Shown here: positions 7,793 to 10,427 of the stretch, piece after piece
Layout of the letters: every line of letters begins with the position of its first letter
How positions within the stretch are numbered: the first letter of the stretch is position 1
NCBI GenBank assembly: GCA_040081625.1
Contig: JBEBGD010000150.1
Span: forward strand, 1-10,427
DNA: 10,427 bases
Source: Chthoniobacteraceae bacterium
GTDB lineage: Bacteria; Verrucomicrobiota; Verrucomicrobiia; Chthoniobacterales; Chthoniobacteraceae
Direction of reading: 5' to 3'
Notes under the pieces: model-generated
Seen by the model: the letters and a program-made list of their open reading frames with translations, nothing else
The model's database searches: none
Told to the model about the DNA's origin: nothing
Translations under genes and position numbers: made by a program

Positions 7793-9115
7793 CTACACCT
7801 CTCCTGGCAGGGCGTTCGTCTCGATCAGCGCGCGCAGTTCGAATGGCGTGAGCGGGCGGTCGGCGAAAATCAACCGGTCCACTTCGTCACCGACCGACAC
7901 GACTTCGCGCGCGTCGCCCGGCGCGTCAGACTTGCGGCGCGCGACCTGGCCGCTGCCTTCGAGCCGTCCATCGACGTATTGCTTCACCTCGAAGCGACCG
8001 CCCTTCTTGCCCACGAGCATCACGGCCACGTGATGCCACTTCCCGTCGCGCAATGACGTGCGACCGACGATTGCATCGCCCTCCTGCTCGGTGCGCAAGG
8101 CACCCATCGGGCCTTGCTCCGGCGCGGTGTTCCAGCCGATTCGCAGCTTGCCCGACTTCTTCCCGCCGAAGCCGACCATCGACACCTGCTCGCCGGGCGC
8201 GGCGTCGGGCGCGATGCGCACCCACATGGCGACGGTGCGCGGATTGTTGCCGCCTGCCTTGTATTCGGCGGGATCGAAGCGCGCGTATTTCACCGGGCGC
8301 CCTTTGCGCTCAAGGCCGGCGCGCAGCGAGAAGCGGGAAAGTTTTTTCTCGAGATCTGCGACGGGCGAGACGAGGCCGCTCGCGAAGAGATGCGCCTGCT
8401 TGCTCTTGAGCACGAGCTTCTCCGTGCGGCCCGGCGCGGAGGCCTCGGTGGTGCCATTGATGGCGACGACTTCGACTCCCCCGCTGCGGTCCGCCTCGAT
8501 CCGAACTTCGCCGCCGAGGCTGGTCACGGCGACGGCGGGATTCCCGACGCGGAAGCCGGCGGCTTCACGCGATGCAGTCGCGGTGAGCGCGCCGGACTTC
8601 AGCGACGCCCCCCATGCCGACTCGACCTCGATGGATGCAGGGCCTTCGAGGACGACGCGCGCGCCACTGTCGAAGGTGACTTCCGCAAGCCCACTTTGCA
8701 AATCGAGCCGGCGTCCGCGCTCGATCGCGTCGCCGGTTTGAGGCCCGGCCGGTTCATTCCATCGCGCATCCGTCGCGCCGGTGATCCACGCGACCGATGG
8801 CGGGACTTCCGGCGGTGGCGTGTCGCGCGGCGCAAAGACGATCGCGATGCCCGCAGCGACCGCACCGATCCCCGCCCACCACGCGAGCGGATGGCGGATG
8901 ATCTTCGGCTTCGGCGGCGCGGGCGCCTCGCTCTGCAATTCGGAGGCGTAGCTGCAAAGGCTCGCGTTCATGCCGGCGAAGCGGACGTAGAAAACGCGCG
9001 CTTCCTCCGACGCGGCGAGCCGTTCATTCAGCCGCGCCCGTTGTGCGTCCGTGAGGCAGTCGTCGGCGAGCGCATTGCATAGTCCGGTCAGTTCGAGAAT
9101 CTCGGTGTCGGTCAT
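7793..9115 (-). CDS. FecR-domain transmembrane anti-sigma factor with C-terminal LamG/ConA-like domain, 440 aa
   Basis: N-terminal anti-sigma-like helices 'LCNALADDCLTDAQRARLNERLAASEEARVFY', TM segment 'WWAGIGAVAAGIAIVFA', FecR-like 'LDLQSGLAEVTFDSGARVVLEGPASIEV', and LamG-like 'RTVAMWVR...LRDGKWHHVAV...YVDG'. ATGA overlap with the upstream sigma gene. Confidence 0.85.
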   Translation of the reverse strand: MTDTEILELTGLCNALADDCLTDAQRARLNERLAASEEARVFYVRFAGMNASLCSYASELQSEAPAPPKPKIIRHPLAWWAGIGAVAAGIAIVFAPRDTPPPEVPPSVAWITGATDARWNEPAGPQTGDAIERGRRLDLQSGLAEVTFDSGARVVLEGPASIEVESAWGASLKSGALTATASREAAGFRVGNPAVAVTSLGGEVRIEADRSGGVEVVAINGTTEASAPGRTEKLVLKSKQAHLFASGLVSPVADLEKKLSRFSLRAGLERKGRPVKYARFDPAEYKAGGNNPRTVAMWVRIAPDAAPGEQVSMVGFGGKKSGKLRIGWNTAPEQGPMGALRTEQEGDAIVGRTSLRDGKWHHVAVMLVGKKGGRFEVKQYVDGRLEGSGQVARRKSDAPGDAREVVSVGDEVDRLIFADRPLTPFELRALIETNALPGEV

Positions 9116-9651
9116 GGCGTGGCGGTGGCGAGGTGATTGGTCACGCAGTCGAAGAGCAGCTTGCGCAACCGTGCGAGCGCCTTGTAGGCCGCTTCGATCG
9201 AGCGGCCGCTGCGCCCGGCGGCTTCCTCCACCCGCGCGCCGGGTTCGTAGCGCGTGAGCAGTAGTTCACGATCGCGCGGGTGCAGCCGCTTGAGGCAAAG
9301 CGCGAGCGCTTCGTGCCGCGCGCTCACCTCGGTGTGCATCGTCGCCGCCGTGTGCGCGACCGATTCGAGCACAGTGTCGTCGAAGACGACCTTGCTGCGC
9401 GCGAATTTCTGCCGCGACGCGCGCACGCGCCACCAAGCGATCTGGCACGCCCACGCGACGAAATCAGTGCCCGGCTTGAACTCATTGAATTTCTCCACGA
9501 TCACGAGGCTCGTGTCCTGGAGGATGTCCTCCGCGTCGGCGCGCTGCGGCACGAGCGTGTGGATATAACCGAAAATCCGCCGCTGATGCTGCGTCATGAG
9601 CAGCATCAGTTGCTTCTGCTGTTCGAGCGAAGCCTCGGCGGATTCGGCCAT
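9112..9651 (-). CDS. ECF RNA polymerase sigma-70 factor (Rhodopirellula/Verrucomicrobium-type), 179 aa
   Basis: Region 2 'HQRRIFGYIHTLVPQRADAEDILQDT...FKPGTDFVAWACQIA' and region 4 'LKRLHPRDRELLLTRY...GRSIEAAYKALARLRKLLFDCV'. Confidence 0.95.
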   Translation of the reverse strand: MAESAEASLEQQKQLMLLMTQHQRRIFGYIHTLVPQRADAEDILQDTSLVIVEKFNEFKPGTDFVAWACQIAWWRVRASRQKFARSKVVFDDTVLESVAHTAATMHTEVSARHEALALCLKRLHPRDRELLLTRYEPGARVEEAAGRSGRSIEAAYKALARLRKLLFDCVTNHLATATP

Positions 9652-9663
9652 GGCGGGCGCGGC

Positions 9664-9987
9664 TTACTTGTTTTTCTTCTTCTTCTTCTCGCCACCGCGC
9701 GCGGCCATCTTGGCGTTGATCGCCTTTACTTCGTCTTCGGTGAGCTTGCCGTCGCTGCTCTTGGCGAGCGCCTTGAGCGGACTGTCGGCGCCGGCCTTGC
9801 CGATCGCTTCGCTGAGCGCTGCGACTTCTTCGCCGTCGATGGTGTGATTGCTGTTCTTGTCGGCGGCCTTGAGGGCTTCGCCGACTGCTCTATTTCCGCC
9901 CTTCTTGCCTTCCTTGCCGGGTTTTGCGGCAAACGAAGATGCAGTGAGGGCGAGACCGAGGGTGAGGAGGATGGTGAGTAGTTTCAT
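9664..9987 (-). CDS. Small secreted EF-hand protein with Lys-rich tails, 107 aa
   Basis: Signal peptide MKLLTILLTLGLALTASSFA, EF-hand loop DKNSNHTIDGEE, a degenerate second loop AKSSDGKLTEDE, and C-terminal EKKKKKNK. Ends 12 bp upstream of the sigma gene on the same strand. Confidence 0.85.
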   Translation of the reverse strand: MKLLTILLTLGLALTASSFAAKPGKEGKKGGNRAVGEALKAADKNSNHTIDGEEVAALSEAIGKAGADSPLKALAKSSDGKLTEDEVKAINAKMAARGGEKKKKKNK

Positions 9988-9997
9988 CAGCGAGGTA

Positions 9998-10024
9998 ATC
10001 GCACACGCCCGTCGTTTTCGGACA
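9998..10024 (-). promoter_or_regulatory. Candidate ECF-type promoter TGTCCGA-N16-CGAT upstream of the EF-hand/sigma/anti-sigma operon
   Basis: The minus strand reads TGTCCGA aaacgacgggcgtgtg CGAT, ending 10 nt before ATG 9987, and is preceded by an AT-rich patch. The layout resembles ECF -35/-10 elements; the assignment is inference only. Confidence 0.3.
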
Positions 10025-10203
10025 GAAAAGTTTACTCCGATCTAGCGATGCTCCGTGCGCGCGCGATCTCTAAACGCAGCGGAGTCTTGTCGGGGATCAT
10101 ACCGGCGCGGTGAGGTGCTGCAGGTCGTCGAACACCAGTTTGCGCACCTCGACCGGTGCGAGTATCAGCGCGGCCATGCCTTCACCGTCCGCTGCCGTTT
10201 CGC

Positions 10204-10427
10204 GTGAGTAAGCGCGCGTCCCGACTCCCATCCGACGAGTCGAAGCGCGGGCGCGGTCGGGTGCTCGCGGCCGTGCTCGGCGTGCTGCTCGGGTTGAGCG
10301 CAGGCTGGTTCTTCGCCCGGCGGCCGGGAGCGCCGCTGCGAATCGAGAAAAGGCGCGAGCGCCAGCGGAGGATCGGCACCGAGCCACACCTGCGCATTCG
10401 GGTGAAAGCAGCGCCCATAGGCATCGA
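10204..10427 (+). CDS. Possible membrane-anchored protein, N-terminal part (open to window end; may be disrupted near 10325)
   Basis: From GTG 10204: MSKRASRLPSDESKRGRGRVLAAVLGVLLGLSAGWFFARRPG, i.e. a basic N-region then one hydrophobic TM segment. No stop occurs before the window end, but the translation after ~10330 looks less protein-like. Confidence 0.4.
   Translation, partial: MSKRASRLPSDESKRGRGRVLAAVLGVLLGLSAGWFFARRPGAPLRIEKRRERQRRIGTEPHLRIRVKAAPIGI

Noticed and set aside
9664..9690. (TTC)n-like run at the end of the EF-hand gene
   Set aside because: It simply encodes the poly-Lys tail; a triplet period cannot frameshift the gene.
6393..9981. Alternative ORFs 6393..7160(-), 8114..9082(+) and 9280..9981(+)
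   Set aside because: These are antisense shadows of the well-supported DUF1501, anti-sigma, sigma and EF-hand genes.

Overview
GC-rich bacterial window whose gene families suggest Verrucomicrobia or a related PVC lineage (inference). Contents in order: the 3' end of a PQQ-like beta-propeller gene (+); a large secreted TPR protein translationally coupled downstream of uvrA (both -); an 89-aa protein resembling a stand-alone histidine-kinase DHp/H-box domain (+); a Tat-signal DUF1501 protein (+); and a minus-strand operon of secreted EF-hand protein, ECF sigma factor and FecR/LamG-type anti-sigma. The last ~380 bp are ambiguous and contain two head-on coding-like segments meeting at a short palindrome. 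The most unusual signal is a pair of heptamer repeat arrays inside coding sequence: an inverted pair of AAAC(T/G)CC arrays that encodes most of the TPR protein's predicted signal peptide, and a GGGTTTC array in the uvrA inter-domain linker. All calls are by eye; no database searches were run.
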